From: an uncultured Planctomycetia bacterium | GTDB taxonomy: Bacteria; Omnitrophota; Gorgyraeia; Duberdicusellales; 4484-171 | Direction of reading: 5' to 3' | Assembly (NCBI GenBank): GCA_964536865.1 | Contig: CAZHYN010000002.1 | Location: 60,001-92,000 of the forward strand | Length of the DNA stretch: 32,000 bases | Shown: positions 1-9,722 of the stretch, piece after piece | Numbering within the stretch: position 1 is the first letter of the stretch | How the letters are laid out: each line of letters begins with the position of its first letter | The notes under the pieces: model-generated | What the model was told of the DNA's origin: nothing | The model's database searches: none | What the model saw: the letters and a program-made list of their open reading frames with translations, nothing else | Translations under genes and position numbers: made by a program

Positions 1-880
1 TTACCACCCCATCTATTCCCAAAAGAGGAGCTCCCCCGTACTCTGCATAGTCAGTAATTTTTTTAAACCCCTTTAGACTCTGTTTAACGAAAAGGAGTCC
101 TAACTTACCTAAGAACTCCTTCCTAGTATTATCTAATAGAAATCTCTCCATAGCTTCAGCAAATCCTTCAGAGACTTTCAAAACAGCATTACCTATATAT
201 CCATCACAGACAATACAATCACATTTTCCTAAGAATATATCTCTTGGTTCTAAATTCCCTACGAAGTTTAAAGGAGCCTGAGTAAAGAGGCGGTGAGTAC
301 TCTTTATAAGATCTGGACCTTTAGTAGCCTCCTCTCCTATACTAAGGAGACCTACACTGGGATTATTTTTCCCTAAAACTAAAGAATAGTAAACCGAAGC
401 CATTATCCCATATTGAAAAAGGTGAAGGGGTCTTGGATCGATGTTTGCTCCTACATCTATAATTAAGCATACTCCTTTTAAAGTAGGAACTAATACAGCA
501 ATTCCTGCCCGCTCAATCCCCTCAATTAAACCTACCTCTAAAGTAGCAGCACACACTACAGCCCCAGTATTCCCACAAGAGACAAAAGCATCAATTTTAC
601 CTTCCTTTAGAAGAAGTATCCCTTTCACTATGGAAGAATCCCGCTTCCTCCTCACAGAAGAAACTGGAAAATCATTCATATCTATCTTCTCCTTTGCCTC
701 CACTATGGAAAACTTACTCAGATCTATTCTCTCCTTTACTGCTTCTCTCTCTATCTCATCTTTATCTCCTATTAAAACCAAAGGAACGTCCAGTTCTCTA
801 GCAGCTAAGTAAGCCCCTTTAAGAGGTTCTAGAGGTGCGTAATCTCCTCCAGAAATATCCAAACCTATTCTATACCCCAT
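1..880 (-). CDS. plsX: Phosphate acyltransferase PlsX, N-terminal ~293 codons (3' end runs off the window)
   Basis: Absent from the ORF track because it is open at the window edge. My minus-strand translation from ATG 880-878 gives MGYRIGLDISGGDYAPLEPLKGAYLAARELDVPLVLIGDKD...FVSCGNTGAVV...IDVGANIDPRP...YGGAPLLGIDGVV. It has a TAATG overlap with the rpmF stop and sits in the canonical yceD-rpmF-plsX order. Confidence 0.9.
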   Translation of the reverse strand, partial: MGYRIGLDISGGDYAPLEPLKGAYLAARELDVPLVLIGDKDEIEREAVKERIDLSKFSIVEAKEKIDMNDFPVSSVRRKRDSSIVKGILLLKEGKIDAFVSCGNTGAVVCAATLEVGLIEGIERAGIAVLVPTLKGVCLIIDVGANIDPRPLHLFQYGIMASVYYSLVLGKNNPSVGLLSIGEEATKGPDLIKSTHRLFTQAPLNFVGNLEPRDIFLGKCDCIVCDGYIGNAVLKVSEGFAEAMERFLLDNTRKEFLGKLGLLFVKQSLKGFKKITDYAEYGGAPLLGIDGVV

Positions 881-1068
881 TATTTTTTCTCTTTTTCTAT
901 AACTACTATTTCTTTACCTCGGTAATACCCACAAAAGGGACAGACCATATGAGCTGGTTTTAGTCTTCCACACTCCTTACAAGGAACAAGGGTAGGGATA
1001 CTTAATTTCTGATGCGTTCTCTTTTTTCTCGTGCGAGAGTGAGAATGTCTTCTCTTAGGGTGAGCCAT
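880..1068 (-). CDS. rpmF: 50S ribosomal protein L32
   Basis: 62 aa. MAHPKRRHSHSRTRKKR N-terminus plus a CKECG...CPFCG zinc ribbon. Lies between yceD and plsX. Confidence 0.95.
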   Translation of the reverse strand: MAHPKRRHSHSRTRKKRTHQKLSIPTLVPCKECGRLKPAHMVCPFCGYYRGKEIVVIEKEKK

Positions 1069-1089
1069 CTCCTCCTCCTCCTCTTCTTC
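1069..1089 (-). repeat. The 21-nt yceD-rpmF spacer is entirely purine on the mRNA: GAAGAAGAGGAGGAGGAGGAG, i.e. (GAG)5 abutting the rpmF ATG
   Basis: Plus strand reads (CTC)5 then TTCTTC at 1069-1089. This gives multiple overlapping Shine-Dalgarno registers and is a trinucleotide tract that could slip. Confidence 0.8.
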
Positions 1090-1509
1090 TTAATTTGATT
1101 TTTTTGCACACTGACATTGAGAATAATTTAAGTTTGCTCCACATCCTGGACATAATCCTTTACAGTCAGGACGACATAGTACTTTCATAGGAAATTCCAA
1201 GAGAATCTGCTCTCTTATTCTCTCGTCCATCTCTAAATAATCTCCAAGTTGAGAGATAGGATAGTAAAAATCAAATTTTTGGACTACCTTCTGACCTACC
1301 TCTTGGAGACATCGAGAGCAAGTTATTATACGGTGAGTAGTAACTTCTGTCTTTACTAAAATATCCTTACCTACTTTGAAAAACTCACAAACCATATGAA
1401 TATCATCTACGAATTTTATATCAAAACTATCCATATCCCAACTCTGAGCAGAAATATCTTCTTCTACAAGGAGACCTTCCTGGGGAATTTTATTTATCGC
1501 TACTTTCAT
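1090..1509 (-). CDS. yceD: YceD/DUF177 family protein (large-subunit rRNA accumulation protein)
   Basis: 139 aa. C-terminal CRPDCKGLCPGCG...CQC cysteine cluster. Conserved position directly upstream of rpmF. Confidence 0.85.
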   Translation of the reverse strand: MKVAINKIPQEGLLVEEDISAQSWDMDSFDIKFVDDIHMVCEFFKVGKDILVKTEVTTHRIITCSRCLQEVGQKVVQKFDFYYPISQLGDYLEMDERIREQILLEFPMKVLCRPDCKGLCPGCGANLNYSQCQCAKKSN

Positions 1510-1981
1510 TAATCTTTCTCTTTAAAGCACGAAGAGAAACCAAAGGTAAAAATGCCTTTAGGTCCGCTCCCAAGCCAGCTGCTTCCTTGATTAAGCGAGA
1601 AGAAATATAAGAATACTGAGGGTGAGGCATAAGAAATACTGTTTCTATTTCTGGAGCAAGCTTCCTGTTAGTTAAAGCCATCTGGAATTCGTACTCAAAA
1701 TCAGAAGTCATCCGTAACCCTCGCAAAATTATCTTAATCTTCATCCTCTTAGCGAACTCTACCACTAAACCATCAAATCCTACTACTTTCACATTTCTTA
1801 AGCCCCTCACTGCTTTCTTCACCATCTCCTCTCGCTCAGGATAAGAAAAAAGGGTAGGTTTAGAAGGAGCCTTTACTACCGCCACGATGAGCTGAGAGAA
1901 AATAGATGCGGCTCGTTTTATGATATCCAGATGACCTAAGGTAATAGGATCAAAAGTTCCAGGATAAAGAACCTTCTCCAT
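1490..1981 (-). CDS. coaD: Phosphopantetheine adenylyltransferase
   Basis: YPGTFDPITLGHLDIIKRA nucleotidyltransferase motif. 163 aa, a typical length. Confidence 0.95.
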   Translation of the reverse strand: MEKVLYPGTFDPITLGHLDIIKRAASIFSQLIVAVVKAPSKPTLFSYPEREEMVKKAVRGLRNVKVVGFDGLVVEFAKRMKIKIILRGLRMTSDFEYEFQMALTNRKLAPEIETVFLMPHPQYSYISSRLIKEAAGLGADLKAFLPLVSLRALKRKINESSDK

Positions 1982-2522
1982 TCTTTTTATAAATCAAAAG
2001 AAGAGTCTGACCATACTTTTTAGAGAGAACCTTAGAAAAACTCTTAAATATTCTATCTATGTTATCTTTGTAATAACAGACTGTTATTACCAAACCGTGA
2101 GAAGCTAATATATCATATTCATCTAAGGTTTGCAAGGATTTTGTAGAAAGACCCTTATAGTAAGGAGGATCTAAGAAGATAATATCGAATTTCTCCTCTT
2201 GAGCGTAAAAATCCTTTATCGCCTTAAAAGCATCTTTAAGAACAAGAGTAGCTTTTGTGGAAGCCTTCAAGGTGGCCAGGTTCTTATAAATAGTATCTAT
2301 GGAACTCTTTTTTATATCTACAAATACAACCTCACTTGCTCCTAAAGAAAGAGCTTCTATCCCTAAGGACCCTGACCCACTAAAAAGATCCAATACTTTA
2401 GCCTCAGCTACTTCCTCTCTTATTAAGTCAAATAGAGACTTCTTTACTCTTAGGGAAACGGCTCTTATCCCTTTAGGCACAGTCAAATACCGATTTTTAA
2501 AAATTCCTCTAATTACCTTCAT
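1950..2522 (-). CDS. rsmD: 16S rRNA (guanine966-N2)-methyltransferase RsmD
   Basis: VLDLFSGSGSLGIEALS SAM-binding loop and the IIFLDPPY catalytic motif. The rsmD-coaD pairing is a common arrangement. Confidence 0.9.
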   Translation of the reverse strand: MKVIRGIFKNRYLTVPKGIRAVSLRVKKSLFDLIREEVAEAKVLDLFSGSGSLGIEALSLGASEVVFVDIKKSSIDTIYKNLATLKASTKATLVLKDAFKAIKDFYAQEEKFDIIFLDPPYYKGLSTKSLQTLDEYDILASHGLVITVCYYKDNIDRIFKSFSKVLSKKYGQTLLLIYKKNGEGSLSWNF

Positions 2523-4561
2523 TTTCCTATCAAAAAATCAAGGTATTCTTTTATACATCTATGGTAAGGTTTCCTAAGATGGGGGTCATTTTTTACTACC
2601 TGGTAAGCTAATTTCCTTGCCCATCTAAGATTATCTAGATCCTCCAAAGGGTTGGCTATCTTAAGATGAGGAAAACCCCACTGCAGGTGTCCAAAAAAAT
2701 CCCCTGGGCCCCTTAATTTAAGATCATCCTCAGCAATTTTAAATCCATCGCTGGTCTCCTTGATAACCTCTATCCGCTTACGAGCATTCTCTCCTATATT
2801 TTCAGACATAACAACAATAAAGTAAGGTTTGTAAGTAGAGCGGCGAATTCTACCTCGTAGCTGGTGTAACTGAGAAAGACCAAATCTTTCGGGGTTCTCT
2901 ACTACCATCACCGTAGCATTCTCAATATTTATCCCTACTTCAACTACAGTAGTGGCAACTAAAATATTGATACGATTCTTCCTGAAATCTTCTACTATCT
3001 CCAACCGTCTTTTTTTAGGCATCTGTCCATGAAAGACTTCTATACGGAATTGAGTAAATATTTTTTTTAATCTCTCATACATCTGATTCAAAGAATGAAT
3101 ATCCTGAAGTCTGGATTCCTCAATAACAGGGTAAATTATGTAAGCTTGCCTGCCTTCTCTCAATTTATCTTTGATGAACCTGTATACCCACTCTCTATTT
3201 CCTTGACTTACAACAATAGTCTGAGGCTGGTAACGGTTAGGTGGTAGTTGCTTTATGAGGGAAAGATCTAAATCCCCATAGAGGGATAAAGCTAAGCTAC
3301 GAGGAATGGGGGTAGCACTCATAATCAAACAATCGGGATTTTTACCCTTTTTAGGTAAAAGGGTACGTTGAGCTACTCCAAACTTATGTTGTTCATCTAT
3401 TACTACCAAACCTAAATTTTTGAATTCTACATTCTCGTCAAGAAGAGAATGGGTACCTATAACAATGTTAGTTTTCCCTTCCTTTAAAGAAGTTACTACT
3501 TTTTTTCTCATCTTTTTAGAGAGGGAAGAAACTAAAACATCTATTCTAAATCCTAAAGGAGCTAGAATACTCTTGAAAGTCTGATAATGTTGAAAAGCCA
3601 AAACTTCAGTAGGAACCATAACTGCTGCTTGATACCCTGAATAAACACATACTCCTATAGCGAAGATAGCTACAGCAGTCTTACCTGAACCTACATCTCC
3701 CTGAAGGAGGCGGTGCATAGGATAGGGTTTTTTCATATCCTCAAGAATTTGAATAAGTGCCTCTTCTTGGGAAGAGGTAAGAGAAAAATCAAACCTTCTT
3801 CTAATCTTCTCTATAAAATCTTTATCTACCTTAAATGGTATTCCTTTAGTTAAAACTCTCCTTGCTTTTCTTAAGTAAACCATGATTTGAGAAAAGAACA
3901 GTTCTTCAAATATAAATCTTTCTCTGGCTAAATTAGCATCTTGAAATGTAGGAGGGTAGTGGATATTTTCTAAAGCCTCTCTTATGTTAGGAATTTTTCT
4001 CTCCTCTCTTATGTAGAAAGGAAGAGAATCGAAAAGCTGAGATGAAAACTTCTTTAGCCCCTCAAAGATTATCTTCCGCATCCTTTTCTGAGTAATTCCC
4101 TCTACAAGGCGATAGAAACCAACAATTCTCCCAAAGTTAAAGGAATCCACTGAAGAAAACTTCTCATATTCGGGAGAGATAAACTGAACATTCCCTTTAA
4201 AGAGAGTAGCTTTCCCATAAAGGAGAAGTTCGTCTCCCACATTTATATAATTTCTAAGATAAGGTTGATTAAACCATACACAGTTTAAGAAACCACTTCC
4301 ATCGGAAACAATTGCCTCAAAGATCTTTCTACCAAATAGGAAACGCCTAACTCCCCTTACATTCCTTGCCATAACTTTCCCTTTTACTAAAAAATAAGCA
4401 CCTTCTCTTATGTCTTTAATGGGAGTTACATAGCGCCTATCTTGATAACGCAAGGGAAAATAATAAAGTAAATCTTTCCCACTATAAATCTTCAATTTTG
4501 CTAAAGCATTAGCTAACTTAGGACCTATCCCTTTTATGTAACGCAAAGAAAGATCCTGCAT
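2519..4561 (-). CDS. recG: ATP-dependent DNA helicase RecG
   Basis: 680 aa. GDVGSGKT Walker A, VIDEQHKFG (DEQH box), QLHQLRGRIRR motif VI and an N-terminal wedge/OB region. Confidence 0.95.
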   Translation of the reverse strand: MQDLSLRYIKGIGPKLANALAKLKIYSGKDLLYYFPLRYQDRRYVTPIKDIREGAYFLVKGKVMARNVRGVRRFLFGRKIFEAIVSDGSGFLNCVWFNQPYLRNYINVGDELLLYGKATLFKGNVQFISPEYEKFSSVDSFNFGRIVGFYRLVEGITQKRMRKIIFEGLKKFSSQLFDSLPFYIREERKIPNIREALENIHYPPTFQDANLARERFIFEELFFSQIMVYLRKARRVLTKGIPFKVDKDFIEKIRRRFDFSLTSSQEEALIQILEDMKKPYPMHRLLQGDVGSGKTAVAIFAIGVCVYSGYQAAVMVPTEVLAFQHYQTFKSILAPLGFRIDVLVSSLSKKMRKKVVTSLKEGKTNIVIGTHSLLDENVEFKNLGLVVIDEQHKFGVAQRTLLPKKGKNPDCLIMSATPIPRSLALSLYGDLDLSLIKQLPPNRYQPQTIVVSQGNREWVYRFIKDKLREGRQAYIIYPVIEESRLQDIHSLNQMYERLKKIFTQFRIEVFHGQMPKKRRLEIVEDFRKNRINILVATTVVEVGINIENATVMVVENPERFGLSQLHQLRGRIRRSTYKPYFIVVMSENIGENARKRIEVIKETSDGFKIAEDDLKLRGPGDFFGHLQWGFPHLKIANPLEDLDNLRWARKLAYQVVKNDPHLRKPYHRCIKEYLDFLIGK

Positions 4562-4563
4562 AG

Positions 4564-5571
4564 TTAGGAGATACTCTTTACTAAATTATCCTCCACAAAA
4601 AACTTTTTTCCCAAGAATTTTTCACAAACCCAAATGTTAGTTAAGGTATGCAAGGTAATTTGAGATGTAAGAAATTCTCCTCCTAAGAAAGCCATGTAAG
4701 GTATAAGATGATCGGCAAGATGTCTATCACAAGCGGCTCCACTTTCTATTTCTTCTTTAAGTTTTGCTACTGCTTGGTAAGCTACTTTCTCTGCTGATTT
4801 ACCTCTTTCTCCCAAACTATCACTAAAGAGGATAGTGTTACTAAAATAAGCACAGAGGTAAATTTCGGAGCCAGGAGAGAAAGTATCAGCGTAAAAGAAT
4901 CTCTCCTCAATCTCTAAGTTAGGGTAACTTTCTTTCAACAACTCCCTAGCTTGGTAGAGTTGTCTTTGAGCTACATTTTTCTCCTTAAGAGAAGAGGAAG
5001 CAATACTTGTTATAGATACCTTAAGAAAGGGGCCTCTCTGGGTAAGATTAATGCCTCTTAAGTCACTTTTTTTTACTCTTAAAGAAACTCCCCCTCCTCC
5101 TTTAGGATAGTATCCTCTCCTCATTACCTGGAGATGAGCGTTTATCCTTAGAAGAGGAAATACCACTTTAGGATAGAAATCTACAGGAGGAGCCCACCTC
5201 CCCGCTGTCCCTCCTCCTACTTTTAAGGTTACTTCTTTATTTAAGATTACAACCGGTAAAAGAATTGCTTGAATAATTAACCCAATAGAAGCAGCTGTCT
5301 CTGTTTTTAAAAAGATAGAGGAAGCCTTAACTTCTGAAGAAGGAAGAAAATGAATTCTCTGAGAACCAAGAGAAGCTCCCTGACAGGAAGCAGCGAATAT
5401 TTTCTGGAAAGCTTGGATTACATACAGATGTTGAGTTGCTAATCCAGGGTTTTTTCTTTTTTTTCTTATATTAAATATCTCTACTTCCTCCCCTAAGATA
5501 GTAGAAAGTCCTAAAGCTGTCCTTAAAATCTGACCTCCTCCCTCTAGATAAGAACCATCTATAGAAACCAT
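4564..5571 (-). CDS. rtcA: RNA 3'-terminal phosphate cyclase RtcA
   Basis: IDGSYLEGGGQILRTALGLS and NPGLATQHL signatures. DRHLADHLIPY region carries the adenylylated His. 335 aa. Confidence 0.9.
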   Translation of the reverse strand: MVSIDGSYLEGGGQILRTALGLSTILGEEVEIFNIRKKRKNPGLATQHLYVIQAFQKIFAASCQGASLGSQRIHFLPSSEVKASSIFLKTETAASIGLIIQAILLPVVILNKEVTLKVGGGTAGRWAPPVDFYPKVVFPLLRINAHLQVMRRGYYPKGGGGVSLRVKKSDLRGINLTQRGPFLKVSITSIASSSLKEKNVAQRQLYQARELLKESYPNLEIEERFFYADTFSPGSEIYLCAYFSNTILFSDSLGERGKSAEKVAYQAVAKLKEEIESGAACDRHLADHLIPYMAFLGGEFLTSQITLHTLTNIWVCEKFLGKKFFVEDNLVKSIS

Positions 5572-6503
5572 TTTTTCTTTTCTTTGATGTACTCTCTTAT
5601 TATCTTAGCGTGGTCAAACACTATTTTCTTAGGCAAACTATCCAATCTAAAAACTTGAGCATTTTTAGCATCAGAAGAAGAAAGAAGATGACCTCTTCCT
5701 TTCCCTACGAACACTACCGAAACAGTATGAAATCGAGGATCCCGGTTAGGATTAGAATAAACTTTAAACTGCTTAAAGTTTACAAAATCTAAATTCGTCT
5801 CCTCCTTCACTTCTCTTTTTACCGCTTCTTCCACACTCTCGCCATAATCTACGAACCCTCCAGGGAGAGCCCAACCAAAAGGAGGATTACTTCTCTCTAT
5901 CATCACAATTCCTTGGGCGAATTCTACTATCCCATCTACAGTGAGAAAGGGGCCTTGGCATACCTTCTTACTGATATAATCTAAGTACCCCAAAAGATTT
6001 TTTTTGAAAACTGACAATGCTTGAAGGGAAGTGAGAGCAAAAACAATCTTTTTAAGAGACGGCTTTTCGATTTCTCTTAAGTAACGGAACACTTCCTGAG
6101 CCATTATCTTAGCAGAGAGAGAATAGGAAAGTTTACCTGTGCCACACCCTAAAGCACAGAAAGAAAGAGAATGAATACGTTTGCTCTGAGCTAAGCGTAA
6201 AGTAGCAGCAGTGGCTTTTCTAATTACTTCTTCGTTAGTTTTAAAATCTAACCCCATAGTTACTGCATGAATCACATACTTAGCCTTCAGTGCGCCAGCC
6301 TTAGTAATAATAGCCTCCCCCTTTTTTGCGGGAGCGTGTTTTTGAGCCTCTCTTTCAATTATTTCCCCACCCTTTCTTTTTATAGCCCTAGCTACTCCTC
6401 CTCCCATAAGGAAATGAGTATTAGCAGAGTTAACTATCGCTTCGGTATTTGCCTCGGTGATATCCCTCTTAACTACCTTAATTTCCATCCCTTTTATAAG
6501 CAT
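5559..6503 (-). CDS. Macro domain (ADP-ribose binding/hydrolase) fused to a NUDIX hydrolase
   Basis: N-terminal half: VKRDITEANTEAIVNSANTHFLMGGGVARAIKRKGG...YVIHAVTMG (macro fold). C-terminal half: Nudix box GGFVDYGESVEEAVKREVKEETNL followed by NPNRDPRFHTVSVVF. SD GGAGG lies upstream. An alternative start is Met6 (ATG 6488). Confidence 0.8.
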   Translation of the reverse strand: MLIKGMEIKVVKRDITEANTEAIVNSANTHFLMGGGVARAIKRKGGEIIEREAQKHAPAKKGEAIITKAGALKAKYVIHAVTMGLDFKTNEEVIRKATAATLRLAQSKRIHSLSFCALGCGTGKLSYSLSAKIMAQEVFRYLREIEKPSLKKIVFALTSLQALSVFKKNLLGYLDYISKKVCQGPFLTVDGIVEFAQGIVMIERSNPPFGWALPGGFVDYGESVEEAVKREVKEETNLDFVNFKQFKVYSNPNRDPRFHTVSVVFVGKGRGHLLSSSDAKNAQVFRLDSLPKKIVFDHAKIIREYIKEKKKWFL

Positions 6504-7935
6504 TCTTCCTCCCTTCCAGATAAGCCTTAGCTACTCGGTAAGCTTCCCTTTTACTCTTCACATTACCCAAGGCTTGCTCCTCCTTAATCTTAGCAAGTAT
6601 CTCTCCCACCAAGGGAGAGGGAGCCAAATTAAACCTTCTCATTATATCAAATCCATCCACTATCTTAGATAGAGGTTTCTTTTTTCTTTCATTAAAGTAA
6701 AAATCAATAAGTTTAAACATCACTCTCTCATGGATTAATCTCTTCTTTCTGTTAGTGAGTGGCCCTCTGGTAGCCCGCCAGTCCGCTAAAGATAAAAGAA
6801 TAACCGAAACTCCTTCCTCATCAGTATCTCTAAAAAATCTATAAATTGCCCTCTGGGAGGGGAAAATCTCTCCTGCTAAGTAACCTGGCCTTAAGTGCCA
6901 AAAAATCAATTTCCTAAGAACTTCTTTCTCTTTTACCGATAGTTTAATCTCTTGAGCAAACTCCTCAGCTACCTCTGCTCCTATCTTCTCATGAGTATGA
7001 AATATAGTCTTTTTACCTTTGACCCTCTTCGCAAAAGGTTTACCAATATCGTGAAGAAGACAGGCAAGTTTTAAAATGTGAATTCTCTTCCTATTTTTAG
7101 CTAACTCCTGATTAAGATAATCAACTATCTCTGAAGACTTAGTCAATCTTCGGCGGTAAAGAATTTCAAAGCGAGAAAGTGTTTGAAGAGAATGTTCCCA
7201 GACATCTAGGTGATGATATCCTCCTTGGTATACCCCGCGGGATTTCCTTATGTAAGGAATGATTTCATCGAGAATAAAGAGATCACTCATTTTTTTTATT
7301 ACCGAATAACTATAGGAGCTATCTAAAATTTTAAACAACTCTTCATTTATTCGTTCAGGAGATACTTTTTTTAATAATTCTCTGTGTTTTTTTAAAAACT
7401 TAAGGGTTTGCGTTTCTATCTGCAAGTTATACCTTGCCCATAAACTAAACGCTCTCAAGATTCTTAAAGGATCTTCTAAAATAACTTCTTCACTTACTGC
7501 TCTTATAATTTTCTTTCTTAAATCTCTGATAGCTTCCAAGCGATCGATCACCTGAACATGAGGAAAGTGATTCACATTTAGAAGTAAGGTATTTATAGAA
7601 AAATCCCTCCTTAAAAGATCATCCTCTAAACTATCTCCCTTTAGCTGAGAAAAATCGTAGTGATAAATATTCTCTTTTTTCTTTACAATTACTCGATAAG
7701 TTCTCTCCTTTTTATCTAATACAATCCATTTGCAGTTTATCTTTCGAGAAAAAGCAACAGAAAACCTTTCAGCATCCTTTTCAACAACAAAATCAAAATC
7801 AAAATTCTCTTCTCTGTTTAAATAAAGATCTCTTAAAAAACCTCCTACTAAATACACATCTACCTTCATCTCGTTAGCTAATCTCTTTATAGATAAAAGG
7901 TAAGGAATATTTGCTACCTTATCTTTTATTTGCAT
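6478..7935 (-). CDS. cca: CCA-adding enzyme / poly(A) polymerase family nucleotidyltransferase with C-terminal HD domain
   Basis: VYLVGGFLRDLYL...DFDFVV head domain, RDFSINTL motif and LLHDIGKP HD motif. 485 aa. Confidence 0.85.
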   Translation of the reverse strand: MQIKDKVANIPYLLSIKRLANEMKVDVYLVGGFLRDLYLNREENFDFDFVVEKDAERFSVAFSRKINCKWIVLDKKERTYRVIVKKKENIYHYDFSQLKGDSLEDDLLRRDFSINTLLLNVNHFPHVQVIDRLEAIRDLRKKIIRAVSEEVILEDPLRILRAFSLWARYNLQIETQTLKFLKKHRELLKKVSPERINEELFKILDSSYSYSVIKKMSDLFILDEIIPYIRKSRGVYQGGYHHLDVWEHSLQTLSRFEILYRRRLTKSSEIVDYLNQELAKNRKRIHILKLACLLHDIGKPFAKRVKGKKTIFHTHEKIGAEVAEEFAQEIKLSVKEKEVLRKLIFWHLRPGYLAGEIFPSQRAIYRFFRDTDEEGVSVILLSLADWRATRGPLTNRKKRLIHERVMFKLIDFYFNERKKKPLSKIVDGFDIMRRFNLAPSPLVGEILAKIKEEQALGNVKSKREAYRVAKAYLEGRKNAYKRDGN

Positions 7936-7945
7936 AAAAGGTGGG

Positions 7946-8404
7946 TTAAAAGTATACTAACTTTGGATCTAAACTCTGTAAATCTAAAATAACTAAAGAA
8001 GATTTCTCAGTAAGCCATCCACAAGCCTCTCCAGGGTTTATAAGGAGCTTATCGCCAACTTTCTCTATTTGAGGATGGTGGGTGTGACCAGATATAATTA
8101 TCTGAGCCTCAACAGGGCTGAATTGATGAGTAACAGCAATCTTCTTTTCTTGAACTTCCCAAAGTAAAGGAGGCGGCTTTATCCGTCCTCCCGATTTTTT
8201 ACTCAATCCTTCTTTCTCTCCATCGTTGTTTCCAAAAACTCCTGCCCAATCACATCTTAACTCTTGGAAAGGATCTAGAGAAAAAGGAGCAATAAAATCT
8301 CCGGCATGAAACACAAAATCAACTTCGTGTTCGTTAAATATCTTAACTGCTTCTCTAATCTTTACTAAGTTGTCATGAGTATCACTGATAATCCCTATCT
8401 TCAT
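7946..8404 (-). CDS. YfcE/MJ0936-family metallophosphoesterase
   Basis: Motifs SDTHDN, HAGDF, GNNDGE and SGHTHHP appear in the canonical order. 152 aa. Confidence 0.85.
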   Translation of the reverse strand: MKIGIISDTHDNLVKIREAVKIFNEHEVDFVFHAGDFIAPFSLDPFQELRCDWAGVFGNNDGEKEGLSKKSGGRIKPPPLLWEVQEKKIAVTHQFSPVEAQIIISGHTHHPQIEKVGDKLLINPGEACGWLTEKSSLVILDLQSLDPKLVYF

Positions 8405-8799
8405 AACCCCTGTTCTAATCTTCTAAATACTTCTTCCTCAACAAACATAGGAGAGTTAGTTCTTACTGCCAGAGCTATACTGTCTGAAGGACGAGCATCT
8501 ACAATTTTGGTACCTTCTTTAGTAATTAAGAAAAGCTTAGCGTGAAAAGTACTATCCACCAACTTATCAATAACTATCTTCTCTAACCTAACTTCTAAAG
8601 CATCAAATAAAGATTTCATCAAATCATGAGTGAGAGGTCGGGGGGGTATAAATCCACTCAATTTCATCCTTACTGCCAAAGCTTCAGTTAATCCAATTAC
8701 AATAGGAAGAGTCTTTGAGCCATTCTTTTCTCTTAAAACAATTATCTGCTCTCTCTTGGCCTCATCAATAATGATTCTAGATAACTCTACCTCAATCAT
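8401..8799 (-). CDS. Bifunctional nuclease (DUF151/BFN) family protein
   Basis: [13 protein letters not shown]...RPLTHDL...FHAKL...[14 protein letters not shown] pattern typical of the family. 132 aa. Confidence 0.75.
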   Translation of the reverse strand: MIEVELSRIIIDEAKREQIIVLREKNGSKTLPIVIGLTEALAVRMKLSGFIPPRPLTHDLMKSLFDALEVRLEKIVIDKLVDSTFHAKLFLITKEGTKIVDARPSDSIALAVRTNSPMFVEEEVFRRLEQGL

Positions 8800-9257
8800 T
8801 TCACTTTTTTACTTAAAATATCTCTTAATTCTCTTAAAAATTGGTTTACATCTTTAAACTGACGATACACAGAAGCAAATCTTACATAAGCTACATCATC
8901 GATCTGGGAAAGTCTTTCCATCACCAGTTCTCCTATATAGCGAGAATCTACTTCCTGATCAAATTTCTTCTGAATGTCTTTTTCTATATCGGAAACAAGT
9001 TTATCTAATCTCTCCACACTTATAGGTCTTTTCTGACAGGCCTTGATTAATCCCTCAAGGATCTTCTGACGGTTAAAAGGTTCACGACGCCCATCTTTTT
9101 TTACTACCATGAGAGGAATCTTCTCTACATACTCATAGGTAGTAAACCTCCTCCCACAATTTAAGCATTCTCTCCTTCTCCTTATAGAAGCTCCCTCTTG
9201 AGTCTCCCGAGAATCAACTACTTTATCCTCATTATGGTTACAGTAAGGGCACCTCAT
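8796..9257 (-). CDS. nrdR: Transcriptional repressor NrdR
   Basis: MRCPYCNH...VVDSR...[17 protein letters not shown] zinc ribbon plus a C-terminal ATP-cone. Confidence 0.95.
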   Translation of the reverse strand: MRCPYCNHNEDKVVDSRETQEGASIRRRRECLNCGRRFTTYEYVEKIPLMVVKKDGRREPFNRQKILEGLIKACQKRPISVERLDKLVSDIEKDIQKKFDQEVDSRYIGELVMERLSQIDDVAYVRFASVYRQFKDVNQFLRELRDILSKKVK

Positions 9258-9722
9258 CTAAACTAATTTTTTCGAAAGTTTTCTCAACTTAATCTTTCCT
9301 TCCTTTAAAAACTCTTCTGCCATCTTATCAGGGTAGCTATCCCGATAGATTATCTCCTTTATCCCTGCATTTATAATCATCTTAGCACAGATACTACAGG
9401 GAGCGCAAGTAACATATAAAGTGCTTCCCTCAATTGAGACTCCATGTAAGGCTGCCTGAATGATTACATTTTGCTCAGCATGAAGACCACGACAAATCTC
9501 ATGACGAACTCCTGAGGGAACTTTTAACTTTTCTCTCAAGCATCCTACTACTTCACAGTGCTCTAACCCTTGAGGAGCTCCATTGTAACCAGTAGCTAAA
9601 ATTCTTCTATCTTTAACTAAAACTGCTCCCACCTTTCTTCTTAAACAAGTAGAACGCTGAGAAACAAGCTCAGCTACACTCATAAAGTAAGTATCCCAAT
9701 CAGGTCGACTACTTTTTCCCAT
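9258..9722 (-). CDS. dCMP (deoxycytidylate) deaminase
   Basis: HAEQNVI and [12 protein letters not shown] zinc-binding motifs. 154 aa. Confidence 0.9.
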   Translation of the reverse strand: MGKSSRPDWDTYFMSVAELVSQRSTCLRRKVGAVLVKDRRILATGYNGAPQGLEHCEVVGCLREKLKVPSGVRHEICRGLHAEQNVIIQAALHGVSIEGSTLYVTCAPCSICAKMIINAGIKEIIYRDSYPDKMAEEFLKEGKIKLRKLSKKLV

